From: an uncultured bacterium
GTDB taxonomy: Bacteria > Cyanobacteriota > Vampirovibrionia > Gastranaerophilales > Gastranaerophilaceae
Reading direction: 5' to 3'
DNA: 40,864 nt
Assembly: GCA_945833895.1 (NCBI GenBank)
Contig: CAMAGQ010000001.1
Location: forward strand, 1 to 40,864
A program made the position numbers and the translations under genes. The notes under the pieces were generated by a model, which saw only the letters and a program-made list of their open reading frames with translations, did not search any database and was not told where the DNA came from. Below, in pieces: positions 25,329-34,312 of this stretch (the stretch's first letter is position 1; every line of letters begins with the position of its first letter).

Positions 25329-26243
25329 ATGAGTTTATTAACTTACAATGACAAAGAAAAACTTGAAACCATATATAATAACGAAGAAGTCAAAACCTTT
25401 AACAACATTGTTTTAGAGGATGATACTCTGCAAACATATTTGAAAGAAATCGGCAAGATTAAACTTTTAAAAAGTGAAGAGGAACAAAAACTCGGGAAAC
25501 TGATAAAGGAGCAAAATTCCGATATCGCCAAAAGAAAACTTATTCAGGCTAATTTGAGGCTGGTTGTAAGTATTGCTAAAAAGTATATAGGGCAAGGAGT
25601 AAACTTCATGGATTTGGTACAGGAAGGTTCTATCGGGTTAATCAGGGCTGCTGAAAAGTTTGATTATTCAAAGAACTTCAAGTTTTCGACTTATGCGACA
25701 TGGTGGATTAAACAGTCGATAATCAGGTCGATTGCCAATTATTCAAAGTCGATAAGAATTCCTGTGCACATGGCTGACAAAATCAGGAAATACAAAAGGA
25801 TTTATAATCAAATGGTTAACAACTTCGGACGTGAGCCGACAGATGAAGAGATTGCGGAAAAACTTGATTTGAGTGTGGCAAAACTTGAAAAAATTAAACA
25901 ATCAATAATTGTAGAGCCGATAAGTCTTGAAACAAACATTACGGATGATTTATGCTTGCAGGATTACATTGAGGATAAAAACAGTTTGTCACCTGAAGCA
26001 GAATTGAGAGAATGCAGTTTAAAATCACAAATTCCGCACTTGCTCAAGAGTTTACCTGAAAGAGAGCAAAAAGTTCTTATAAACAGATTCGGGATAAATA
26101 CTGATAAGCCTAAAACGCTGGCAGAACTTGGCTGTATGCTTGGTTACTCAAAAGAAAGAATCAGACAGATAGAAGAGGGGGCGATAACAAAACTTAGAGA
26201 AAACGATAAATTCACACATTTTAAAGACTATATTGAAACTTGA
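25329..26243 (+). CDS. RNA polymerase sigma-70 family factor (RpoD/SigA-like, no long region 1.1)
   Basis: Region 2 ([37 protein letters not shown]), region 3, and region 4 ([20 protein letters not shown]). I prefer the ATG at 25329, preceded by GGGAGGAGAG, over the TTG at 25302 in the ORF track. Confidence 0.9.
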   Translation: MSLLTYNDKEKLETIYNNEEVKTFNNIVLEDDTLQTYLKEIGKIKLLKSEEEQKLGKLIKEQNSDIAKRKLIQANLRLVVSIAKKYIGQGVNFMDLVQEGSIGLIRAAEKFDYSKNFKFSTYATWWIKQSIIRSIANYSKSIRIPVHMADKIRKYKRIYNQMVNNFGREPTDEEIAEKLDLSVAKLEKIKQSIIVEPISLETNITDDLCLQDYIEDKNSLSPEAELRECSLKSQIPHLLKSLPEREQKVLINRFGINTDKPKTLAELGCMLGYSKERIRQIEEGAITKLRENDKFTHFKDYIET

Positions 26244-26272
26244 TTATCTTAGTTGTATTCATCATCTTTTTT

Positions 26273-26305
26273 ATTCGATACTATCACGGTATCGAATTAT
26301 TTTTA
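26273..26305 (+). terminator. intrinsic terminator candidate after the sigma factor gene
   Basis: 9-bp stem ATTCGATAC / GTATCGAAT (26273-26281 / 26289-26297) followed by tattttta. Confidence 0.5.
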
Positions 26306-27955
26306 TGAATTAAGCAGCGATTTCGCAAACTCAATTGATTGGTCATTTATAGTTCCGCCGGCAAGTTCAGCCAGTGCTTTAACCCTGTTGTCACCTGTTA
26401 AAACGTAGACTTCGACTTTTGTGGAATCCTCTTGCAGTTTCCTTACGTAGAAATGTTTATTTGCTTTTGAGGCAATAATCGGCTGGTGAGTGATAATCAA
26501 AATTTGATGTGTTTTGCTAAGTTCAACTATTTCATCAGCAACGCTCTGGGTCGCTTTACCTGAAATTCCCGTATCAATTTCATCAAAAATAACGGTATCA
26601 ATATCATCGGTTTGAGCAAAAATCGACTTAATTGCAAGCATTACTCTTGAAATTTCACCGCCTGATGCAACTTTTGCAAGCGGCTTTAAATCTTCCGAAA
26701 CATTGGTTGAAATCAAAAATTCAACATTATCAATTCCGTTTTGAGAAAGTTCTTTTTCTGTTACATTTATGCAAAAACGAGCCTTTGGAAGTTCAAGCAC
26801 CGCAAGTTTATCCTGAATAAGCACCGACAAAACTTGAGCATAATTTTTTCTGTGTTCGCTTATTATTTGTGCAGTTTTGAGTAATTCTGCTCTTTTTGCA
26901 TTGATTTTTATTTGCAGTTCTTCAATATTTTGGGTTGAAAATTCAATCGAATTAAGTTCGTTTACAAATTGCTCGTAATTTTGTTGGACAGAGTCAAGAC
27001 TACCGCCATATTTTCGTTTTAACTTATCAAGCAGGAACAATCGTTCTTGAATATCATTTAACCTTTGAGTGTCATTATCCAAATTCTGGCTGTAATCACG
27101 CAAGGTTGAAGAAACATCACGCAAATTTTCTAAAACGTCAAGAAATTGCTGACTGAGTTCATCAAGTGAAGAATCAAATCCTGCGGCTTTTGAAATATCA
27201 GCTTTAATTCTGTTTAAACAGTCAATAATAGAGCAGTCATCTCCATTTATTGCCCAGTAAGCACCGCCGGTAAGTTCCTTTAGTTTCTCGGCATTTTCAA
27301 GAACCTCAAGTTCTTGGGTTAACTCGTTATCTTCATTAGAATTTTGAATATTTGCCTCTTCAATCTCATTAATCTGAAACTTCAAGAAATCAATTTGAGA
27401 ATCCGTTGCGGTTGCTGCATTACGGAGGGTTTCAAGTTCAGAACACATATTGTTGTATTCTTTAAAATTCTCTTTGTAATCAGCCAAAATGCTTCCATAA
27501 ACGTCTTTTGCGTAAGCATCAAGAAGATTAATATGATATTGTGGTTGTAAAAACGTGTAAGTCTGATGCTGAGAATGAATATCGACAAACATTGTTCTCA
27601 GTTTTTTTAGGATTTCCTGATTAACAAGAGTCCCGTTAATTCTTGACCTTACTGCGTTTTGAGTGATTTCTTTTGTGATAATGATTTCACTCCCCAGATT
27701 ATCAATTCCGTTTTCGTCATAAAATTCAGAGAGGTCATGCTTTGTATTTTCAATGGTAACTTCAAGGACAGCCTTATCGCAACCGGTTTTTATAACATCT
27801 TTAGACACACGGGCAGAGAAAACCATGTCAATTGCATTTAATATTATACTCTTCCCTGCACCGGTTTCACCTGTGATAATGTTTAATCTGTTATCAAAAT
27901 TTGCACAGAGTTCATCTATTAGTATGTAATCTTTTAGTTTAATCTGCTTAATCAT
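26303..27955 (-). CDS. recN: DNA repair protein RecN
   Basis: 550 aa. N-terminal ITGETGAGKSIILNAIDMVF Walker A, long central coiled coil, C-terminal SGGEISRVMLAIK signature and VIFDEIDTGISG Walker B. Confidence 0.93.
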   Translation of the reverse strand: MIKQIKLKDYILIDELCANFDNRLNIITGETGAGKSIILNAIDMVFSARVSKDVIKTGCDKAVLEVTIENTKHDLSEFYDENGIDNLGSEIIITKEITQNAVRSRINGTLVNQEILKKLRTMFVDIHSQHQTYTFLQPQYHINLLDAYAKDVYGSILADYKENFKEYNNMCSELETLRNAATATDSQIDFLKFQINEIEEANIQNSNEDNELTQELEVLENAEKLKELTGGAYWAINGDDCSIIDCLNRIKADISKAAGFDSSLDELSQQFLDVLENLRDVSSTLRDYSQNLDNDTQRLNDIQERLFLLDKLKRKYGGSLDSVQQNYEQFVNELNSIEFSTQNIEELQIKINAKRAELLKTAQIISEHRKNYAQVLSVLIQDKLAVLELPKARFCINVTEKELSQNGIDNVEFLISTNVSEDLKPLAKVASGGEISRVMLAIKSIFAQTDDIDTVIFDEIDTGISGKATQSVADEIVELSKTHQILIITHQPIIASKANKHFYVRKLQEDSTKVEVYVLTGDNRVKALAELAGGTINDQSIEFAKSLLNS

Positions 27956-27986
27956 TTTGTGTATCTAACTGACTTTCAATAAATTT

Positions 27987-29279
27987 TTATACGTTTGCTC
28001 CACAGCATTTTTTGTATTTTTTGCCGCTTCCGCAAGGACATGGATCATTTCGTCCGATTTTTTGAGTTGTATCAATTTTAGGTTTATTTTCGTTATCTTC
28101 AATAATTCCTAAAGTTCTTGAAAAGGCATTAGAACGATACAACACGGTAGTTGATGAAATAATCTTGTTATCAACGTATCTGCGTTTGTATTTTCTCAAC
28201 AATTCTTCAAGGGTGTAGTTTTTCGCAAGAACAGCGTTAACAATTTCCATGAAGTTCTTGTGCTTATCGGCAACCATTCTTATAAGGTTTGCAGAATATT
28301 TATCCTTGTTAAGGAAATATTTTATACAACTGTCATAGTTAACGATTTTGGTATAATCTTTAACTTCAAAAATCTTGTTAAATGTGCCGTAAAACGGAAT
28401 TGCGTACAGCCCTAACTCTTTGTCATAGATAATACCGACGTCGTAAGTTTCTTTGTGAGATGAAAAACCGCCTAACGAGTTTTCAAGGAAATTATCGTAA
28501 GAGTTGTTAAACTCAGCCACATCAAAGTATTTATACTCTTCAGGTTCTACTACAAGACTTTTGAAATCTGCTCTTTTGCCGTCTTCAGCAAAATCGTTAA
28601 ACATACCGATTAAATCGTCAGCGTTTTTATTTGTCGTGATAATTTCTGTTGTGCCGAAAAAGTCAACGAATTTTTCATAAATTTCAGCAACATCTGCTTC
28701 AATTTCCTGTTGCTTTTCCGGGTTATCAAGGTAAACCAATTCAGGGTTCTGAATAATCTTTGCAACTGCAAATCTATACGCTTCATTTTTTTTGTATGAA
28801 GGTAAAACACCTGAAATTTCTAGAAGGAAGTAGTCGCCGTTTATATTAACAATTCTTGCGATTACGAAGTTACCTGAGCCGATATTGCTTAGTGCTGTCA
28901 TTTTCATCAATGAAGTAACAAGATATTTGCGTTCATTGACGATATTTAGTAATTCAAATCCGTGTTTTGCAACTCTTTTTACTTCAAAAACAGAAGAAAT
29001 AGAGTTGTCGATAGCCTCAATAATAGCCTTTCTATCTTTTCCGACACGTTTTGTATTTTCAAGATACAATTGTGGAATACTTTTCATATCTTCGCCAAGA
29101 TTACGCTCAAGAATGTATGTAAAGCAAGCCGACTGCAAAGGTATTCTGTTATTAGAATTTACACCAATAGTTCTAAGGTACTCGTTGAAGTCGTTCTTTA
29201 CCAAATCATTTGTCTGAATGAAATCAGCAAGATTTTTTACTTCATTGTTAATACTCTCGGTACGTTCTTGAATATTCAT
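27987..29279 (-). CDS. hypothetical protein with C-terminal SEC-C metal-binding motif
   Basis: 430-aa ORF with a GGGGAG SD. The C-terminus [19 protein letters not shown] is a canonical SEC-C motif. I do not recognise the first ~400 aa. It ends 31 nt upstream of recN on the same strand. Confidence 0.75.
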   Translation of the reverse strand: MNIQERTESINNEVKNLADFIQTNDLVKNDFNEYLRTIGVNSNNRIPLQSACFTYILERNLGEDMKSIPQLYLENTKRVGKDRKAIIEAIDNSISSVFEVKRVAKHGFELLNIVNERKYLVTSLMKMTALSNIGSGNFVIARIVNINGDYFLLEISGVLPSYKKNEAYRFAVAKIIQNPELVYLDNPEKQQEIEADVAEIYEKFVDFFGTTEIITTNKNADDLIGMFNDFAEDGKRADFKSLVVEPEEYKYFDVAEFNNSYDNFLENSLGGFSSHKETYDVGIIYDKELGLYAIPFYGTFNKIFEVKDYTKIVNYDSCIKYFLNKDKYSANLIRMVADKHKNFMEIVNAVLAKNYTLEELLRKYKRRYVDNKIISSTTVLYRSNAFSRTLGIIEDNENKPKIDTTQKIGRNDPCPCGSGKKYKKCCGANV

Positions 29280-29391
29280 CTTATCTCCCCTTTTATATAT
29301 TTGTTACTTGTATTTAAGTCCAGATTATTACATTTTTAACAAAATCTCAATATATTAAGTATTTAATATATTAAAAAATGGAATTAAACAA

Positions 29392-29889
29392 TTAGTCTGT
29401 AAGTTTAAAATCACCATTTTTCTTGATATGCTCAACCAACCCGCCGTCTTTCAGAAGTTTAATCATAACAGGCGGAAGCGGTTCTGTTTGAATGATAGCA
29501 CCGTTTGTAAGGTCTGTAATCACTCCTCTTTCTATATCAAGTTCAATTTCATCACCATCATCAATGGCATCTGTGTCGCATTCAATCGCAAGTAAGCCGA
29601 TATTGATTGCGTTACGGTAAAAAATTCTTGCAAAAGACTTTGCAAAAACAGCACCAACACCTGCGATTTTCATGATTAACGGTGCATGTTCTCTTGAAGA
29701 GCCTAAACCAAAATTTGAACCGGCAACAACAAAATCACCTTTTTTCATTCGTTGTGCAAAAGTTTCATCAGCATCCTCAAGTACGTGTTTAGCGAACTCA
29801 GGAAGATTAGAACGCAGGTGATACAATCTGCCCGGTGCGATATGGTCTGTTGAAATGTTATCTCCAAATTTAAAAACTTTACCTTTCAT
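29392..29889 (-). CDS. leuD: 3-isopropylmalate dehydratase small subunit (LeuD / aconitase-swivel small subunit, short type)
   Basis: 165 aa. FGDNISTDHIAPGR, GSNFGLGSSREHAP and YRNAINIGL motifs. AGGAG SD upstream. Confidence 0.8.
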   Translation of the reverse strand: MKGKVFKFGDNISTDHIAPGRLYHLRSNLPEFAKHVLEDADETFAQRMKKGDFVVAGSNFGLGSSREHAPLIMKIAGVGAVFAKSFARIFYRNAINIGLLAIECDTDAIDDGDEIELDIERGVITDLTNGAIIQTEPLPPVMIKLLKDGGLVEHIKKNGDFKLTD

Positions 29890-29960
29890 GAAACTCTCCT
29901 TTTCTTTTATACTACCGCAAAAATAAAATGTATGCTATAATATAAGTAAAAAGGTAAGTT

Positions 29961-30587
29961 ATGTATTTCAGAAAAAAATGTAAAATAACGTTTCTCTGTC
30001 ATGGAGCGACTATATATTCAGAAGAAGGCAGATTTTCGGATTTAGAGAATTATCCGCCGCTATCGGAACTCGGAGTGTCAGAGATGGAAAACTTGATTGA
30101 TTCTCTCAAAGCAAGAGGGGTTAAAAATGATGCAATCTACTCATCTCCGTCTGTAAGAACTTCGCAATCGGCACTTATGGTTGCAAAAGCATTCAAGACC
30201 GAATATAAAACGATTGAGAAATTAACCCCGCGTGCGTGCGGAACATGGAACGGGTTAACTCTTTCTCAAATTCTAAACAAATATCCGACCAATTTTACAA
30301 AACTTCTTGAACATCCTGACAAGACAATCATGGGTGAGGCTGAAAGTTCACCTGATTTTATTGCAAGAATAAAGAAAACTATTGATGAAATAGTCGAAGA
30401 AAACATCGGAAACAGAGTAATTATCGTTACACATCCTGACGTAATTCAGGCGGCAATTTGTGCGGCACTCGGTGTTCCTGCCGACAAACTGCACAACATT
30501 TTTATCAGAACAGGAAGTGCTACTCAGATTAGTTACTTTGAAAGTTGGGCAAGTATAGTTTATACGGATTGCGTGCCTTTAGGATAG
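29961..30587 (+). CDS. histidine phosphatase (phosphoglycerate mutase-like) superfamily protein with atypical CHG motif
   Basis: 208 aa. The family layout is present (FLCHGAT...GRFSD...PPLSELG ... IIVTHPDVIQA), but the canonical RHG arginine is a Cys. Confidence 0.7.
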   Translation: MYFRKKCKITFLCHGATIYSEEGRFSDLENYPPLSELGVSEMENLIDSLKARGVKNDAIYSSPSVRTSQSALMVAKAFKTEYKTIEKLTPRACGTWNGLTLSQILNKYPTNFTKLLEHPDKTIMGEAESSPDFIARIKKTIDEIVEENIGNRVIIVTHPDVIQAAICAALGVPADKLHNIFIRTGSATQISYFESWASIVYTDCVPLG

Positions 30588-32120
30588 AAGTCTTTGACTT
30601 TCCTTTATCAAAAATTCTTTTCCAGGACGAATTATGATGTTCTCCCACGGAAGTTTTTCGCAGTAATCATAAGTTTTTATTGCATAAAAATCCGTATCAA
30701 TATTTAAGTCTTTTGCGGCTTTTTTAAAACTGCCTGATTTCCCGCCCTGTTTGTAAACTTCTGTAAGATAATCCGTCAAACGACTGTCACCACGTGAAAG
30801 CACAGCCTGATAATAATCCCATTTGCAACTTGAAACGTTTATTTGTATTCCGAGTTTGCGAAGTTCCTTTGTAAGATATTTAATTTTCTTATCAAGAGTT
30901 TTCTCACTTTCTCGTCCATGCCACTGGAAAGGCGTATGTGCCTTCGGTACAAAGGTAGAGAACCCGAACGATATATCAAAAGATTTGTGCTTTTGCTTAA
31001 TTCGTTTAGAAAGTTCAACAATTTCCTGAACATCTTCCTCTGTTTCTGTCGGAATACCAAGCATGCCGTAGAATTTAATCCCCTTCAATCCGCACTCTAC
31101 AGCCGCATCTATAGCGTTAAATATTTGCTCTTCTGTAAGGTTCTTGTTTATAACCCTGCGAAGTCGTTCACTTCCCGCTTCAATTGCAAGTGTAAGATTT
31201 TTTTGACCTGTTTTTATTAATGTATTAATAATTTCAGGTTTAAAAGAATCGACACGCAAAGAAGAAACACTCATTTCAATATTTTCGCCCTTATCAATTC
31301 GGCCTGAAATATAGTTGCAAATATCGCCAAACCTCGGATGTGCGGTCAATTGAGCACCTAGCAGTGCGATTTTATTGGTATGACTTAACCCAAGGTCTAT
31401 CGCCTCAATAATTTTTTCATAAGGCACGAACCTTATCGGCAGATTTATATATGATGCAAGGCAAAAACCGCATCTGTTGGCACATCCCCGCTCAACCTCA
31501 ATAATAAAAGTATTAGGGAAAAACGATTTTTCACTCAAAATAGGCGTATATATACATTCCGTGAGTTTTTTCGTAACCTTTTTTACCTCAACTTGTGGTA
31601 CTGAAGGCACATAAACTCCCTCAATCCCGCTCAACAACTTTAAAATTTCTGTTTTTGACTTGTCTTTGTTTTCTTTGCAAAGTCTTATTACTTCAAGATT
31701 AACGTCTTCCCCATCACCAATAATCATAAAATCAAAGATTTCTTTGTAAGGTTCAGGATTTGACGTTATAACAGGCCCGCCTGCAAAAATTAGCGGGTCG
31801 TTTTCGTTTCTGTCACTTGCTTTGAATGCAAATTTATTCCACTCAAGAAATTTGAGAATTTCAAGAAAGTCCATATCAAACGAATTTGAAATCCCGATAA
31901 GCGAAATATCATTTCTCATTATACGTGTAGTTTTTGAATCGGCATAAACTCTTTCTATATCAATATCTTCAAGCTGGTCAATCGCCTTAAACAGCCACAA
32001 GTAGCCAAGCGAAGACATAGCAAAAGATTCAGACCCCGGAAAAAAGAACCACATTTTATAGTCGTAGTCTTTTTTTATAACTCTTTCGTATAAAAATATT
32101 TCGTTCGCTATTCCTGACAA
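30579..32120 (-). CDS. radical SAM protein with N-terminal B12-binding-like domain
   Basis: CxxxCxxC cluster motif VERGCANRCGFCLAS, preceded by a Rossmann-like region (PLIFAGGPV). The start is uncertain: TTG at 32120 (ORF track) or ATG at 32054 (MWFFFPG...). Confidence 0.82.
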   Translation of the reverse strand: MSGIANEIFLYERVIKKDYDYKMWFFFPGSESFAMSSLGYLWLFKAIDQLEDIDIERVYADSKTTRIMRNDISLIGISNSFDMDFLEILKFLEWNKFAFKASDRNENDPLIFAGGPVITSNPEPYKEIFDFMIIGDGEDVNLEVIRLCKENKDKSKTEILKLLSGIEGVYVPSVPQVEVKKVTKKLTECIYTPILSEKSFFPNTFIIEVERGCANRCGFCLASYINLPIRFVPYEKIIEAIDLGLSHTNKIALLGAQLTAHPRFGDICNYISGRIDKGENIEMSVSSLRVDSFKPEIINTLIKTGQKNLTLAIEAGSERLRRVINKNLTEEQIFNAIDAAVECGLKGIKFYGMLGIPTETEEDVQEIVELSKRIKQKHKSFDISFGFSTFVPKAHTPFQWHGRESEKTLDKKIKYLTKELRKLGIQINVSSCKWDYYQAVLSRGDSRLTDYLTEVYKQGGKSGSFKKAAKDLNIDTDFYAIKTYDYCEKLPWENIIIRPGKEFLIKESQRLLS

Positions 32121-33184
32121 AGCAACTCCTCTTGATTTTCACTGTCTGAACTCTCGCCTGAATAACCTTCGTTGATTGACGTCAGGTATAATTCATCAAC
32201 CAAAACACAAACAGTCGCCGCAATTGCAGGAGAGAGGATTACGCCCCAAACTCCTAAGAATTTTTCTGCAACAAAGATTGCGACCATAATATTTATCGGG
32301 TGCAACTGCATAAACTTACCGAATAAAAACGGACGAATTATATAATTTGAAGCCTGCTGGATTACAATAAACAGAATTATTGCAGCAATAATTTTAACCG
32401 CTCCAAGTTGATATCCGATAAGAACAATGGTTGCAATGGCAATTGTAGGTCCAAGAAGCGGTATAATTTCGCAAATTCCTGCGATTAACCCCAGTAATAT
32501 CGGGTAATCAATTCCAAGTAGTGCAACTTCAATCGTCACCATAATACCTACAGTAATCATGGATAAAATTTGTGCTCTGACGTAGTTTCCAACTCTGGTT
32601 GTAATATTATACAAAATACTTTCCGCCTTTTCTTTTAGTTTCGGTGGGAAAAATTCCAGAAATTTATTTTTCAGATATTCTTTATCAACGATTATGTAAT
32701 AAATAAACATAGTTAGAGCAAGTAGAATAAATACCGTCTGACCCGCAGCCATTGTGACAGTCCATGACTGCGTAAAAAGGTTTTGTGCAATATTTGTACC
32801 TGTTTCGGCAATATTACCTATCGGAATGTATGATGCGATAGTCTTACCGTAAATTGTCGTGTGTGTAATCAAATGGTAAACAGTGTTAATCTTTTGAGGT
32901 ACGGTTACGGCAAAAAGTTCAATTTCTTTGTAACACGCAAGAACAACAGGCAACAAAACCGCCGCCAGAACAATTCCGCTGAATGTCAATACAATGATTG
33001 TCGCTGCCGCTCTGTTTTTAATTCTTACCTCAAGTGAGTTAACAGAAGGATTTAATGCTGCCGCAATTACAAAGGAGGCGAACAGAACCATTATTAACTC
33101 TGTTAGTTTTGGTATAAAAAACAATATAATTGCTATTAATCCGATAAATATTAAAGTTTTGGTGTTATACAATTTTCTTAACAC
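32108..33184 (-). CDS. AI-2E family transporter (PerM/UPF0118-like permease)
   Basis: 358 aa with about 8 TM segments. Typical ICEIIPLLGPTIA and FIVIQQASNYIIRP blocks. GTG start with an AAGGGGGA SD 8 nt upstream. Confidence 0.82.
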   Translation of the reverse strand: MLRKLYNTKTLIFIGLIAIILFFIPKLTELIMVLFASFVIAAALNPSVNSLEVRIKNRAAATIIVLTFSGIVLAAVLLPVVLACYKEIELFAVTVPQKINTVYHLITHTTIYGKTIASYIPIGNIAETGTNIAQNLFTQSWTVTMAAGQTVFILLALTMFIYYIIVDKEYLKNKFLEFFPPKLKEKAESILYNITTRVGNYVRAQILSMITVGIMVTIEVALLGIDYPILLGLIAGICEIIPLLGPTIAIATIVLIGYQLGAVKIIAAIILFIVIQQASNYIIRPFLFGKFMQLHPINIMVAIFVAEKFLGVWGVILSPAIAATVCVLVDELYLTSINEGYSGESSDSENQEELLCQE

Positions 33185-33260
33185 TGTAAAATTCCCCCTT
33201 GTCTTTTCTTATAATACCACAATAAAGTTTAATTTTGCACACCCCGACCGGTAAGGCGTT

Positions 33261-33299
33261 TTCCCCTCCAATCGGAAGAGGGGGGAGGGGTGAGGGGTA
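33261..33299. repeat. GC-rich palindromic intergenic element (family member)
   Basis: TTCCCCTCCAATCGGAAGAGGGGGGAGGGGTGAGGGGTAA. CCCCTCC pairs with GGAGGGG. It shares the CCCTC..AATyGGAA..GGGGTGAGGG layout with 24314-24348. Confidence 0.5.
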
Positions 33300-33310
33300 A
33301 AATTCCTCCT

Positions 33311-33353
33311 ACATTACAACAAAACCCCGGCTTCCGTTAAGGAAGCCGGGGTT
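33311..33353 (-). terminator. strong rho-independent terminator for the 207-aa gene
   Basis: 13-bp perfect stem AACCCCGGCTTCC / GGAAGCCGGGGTT (33323-33335 / 33341-33353). On the minus strand it is followed by ttttgttg. Confidence 0.85.
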
Positions 33354-33369
33354 GAAATCGTTTTGTTTA

Positions 33370-33993
33370 TTAACCTGCTGAACCTGTGTAGTTTGGAGCG
33401 AGGTTCTTGGCATCTGCTTGTTCCATCTTCTTGCAAGCATCGTAGTCTGCTTGAGCGATTTGGAGTTGAGATTCCAGTGAATCCTTTTCTGTTTGTAAGG
33501 AATCTTGTTCCATTTTTAATGGTTCTAACATTATATCGTCTAAGTTTTCGTATTTTTCTTCGATTTGGCTCTTCATCTGAGTCAGAAGCATTTCATTTTG
33601 ACCTGCCATTTGAGTCTTCATGTTGCTGAATTGAGCCATCCACTGTTTTTGAGCAGCTTGTACTTCCGGAGAATCTGATCCAGGAATCTGATTTAACATT
33701 GCGTCTATACCGCCGCCGCCCATCATCATCTGCGTTATCGCTTGACCATTGGATCCAGGACACATACCTAATGTACTGCCAAGAATGAAAGGTAATGCTG
33801 AATTTGCAGATTGCTGCATCATTGACAGGTTATTGATTTCCATTTTCTTTTGGGATTCAAGCATCTTACTCATTTTTTCAATTTGACGGGTTGTGCGTCT
33901 AGCTTTAGACTGGACGCGCATCATACGAGCTTGCAGATCTCTGACCCTGCGGCCCGCCATCAATTTTCCAAATGCTCCTAGTAAGAAACCCAT
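33370..33993 (-). CDS. hypothetical Met/Gln-rich coiled-coil protein
   Basis: 207-aa ORF with its own strong terminator. 22 Met residues counted, plus many Gln. N-terminal amphipathic MGFLLGAFGKLMAG. No motif I recognise. Confidence 0.7.
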   Translation of the reverse strand: MGFLLGAFGKLMAGRRVRDLQARMMRVQSKARRTTRQIEKMSKMLESQKKMEINNLSMMQQSANSALPFILGSTLGMCPGSNGQAITQMMMGGGGIDAMLNQIPGSDSPEVQAAQKQWMAQFSNMKTQMAGQNEMLLTQMKSQIEEKYENLDDIMLEPLKMEQDSLQTEKDSLESQLQIAQADYDACKKMEQADAKNLAPNYTGSAG

Positions 33994-34312
33994 TGTCTTG
34001 TTAAATCCTTATGTTTGTGTCCTCGTAATTATATAAAGTATTTTTCTTTCCAATAATTGCCTTTTTTACCTCATCATGTTAAGTAATGTTACGAAAATTG
34101 TTAACTAAGAGTATATACTTTTTATATAATTTGGTATTTAAGAGGCTAAAACCCAGTATTTACAGGGTTTTTAAAATTTTACATAATTTACATAATTTTA
34201 TGAATTTACAAAATATTTTGCTTTTCAGAGTAACAAAAATTTCAACTTTGGTTAAATATTGCGATTTTGTAACTAATTTGTCTATTTAAACAAGATATTC
34301 TATTATGTAAGT

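Noticed and set aside
32108-32120. 13-nt overlap suggesting translational coupling of the AI-2E transporter and radical SAM genes
   Set aside because: The overlap exists only if the radical SAM gene uses the TTG at 32120. An in-frame ATG at 32054 (MWFFFPG...) is an equally plausible start and removes the overlap.
34086-34289. 67-aa ORF in the divergent control region
   Set aside because: It is extremely AT-rich with an I/L/N/F/K-rich translation and no SD. It overlaps the repeat/hairpin region, so it is more likely non-coding promoter DNA.
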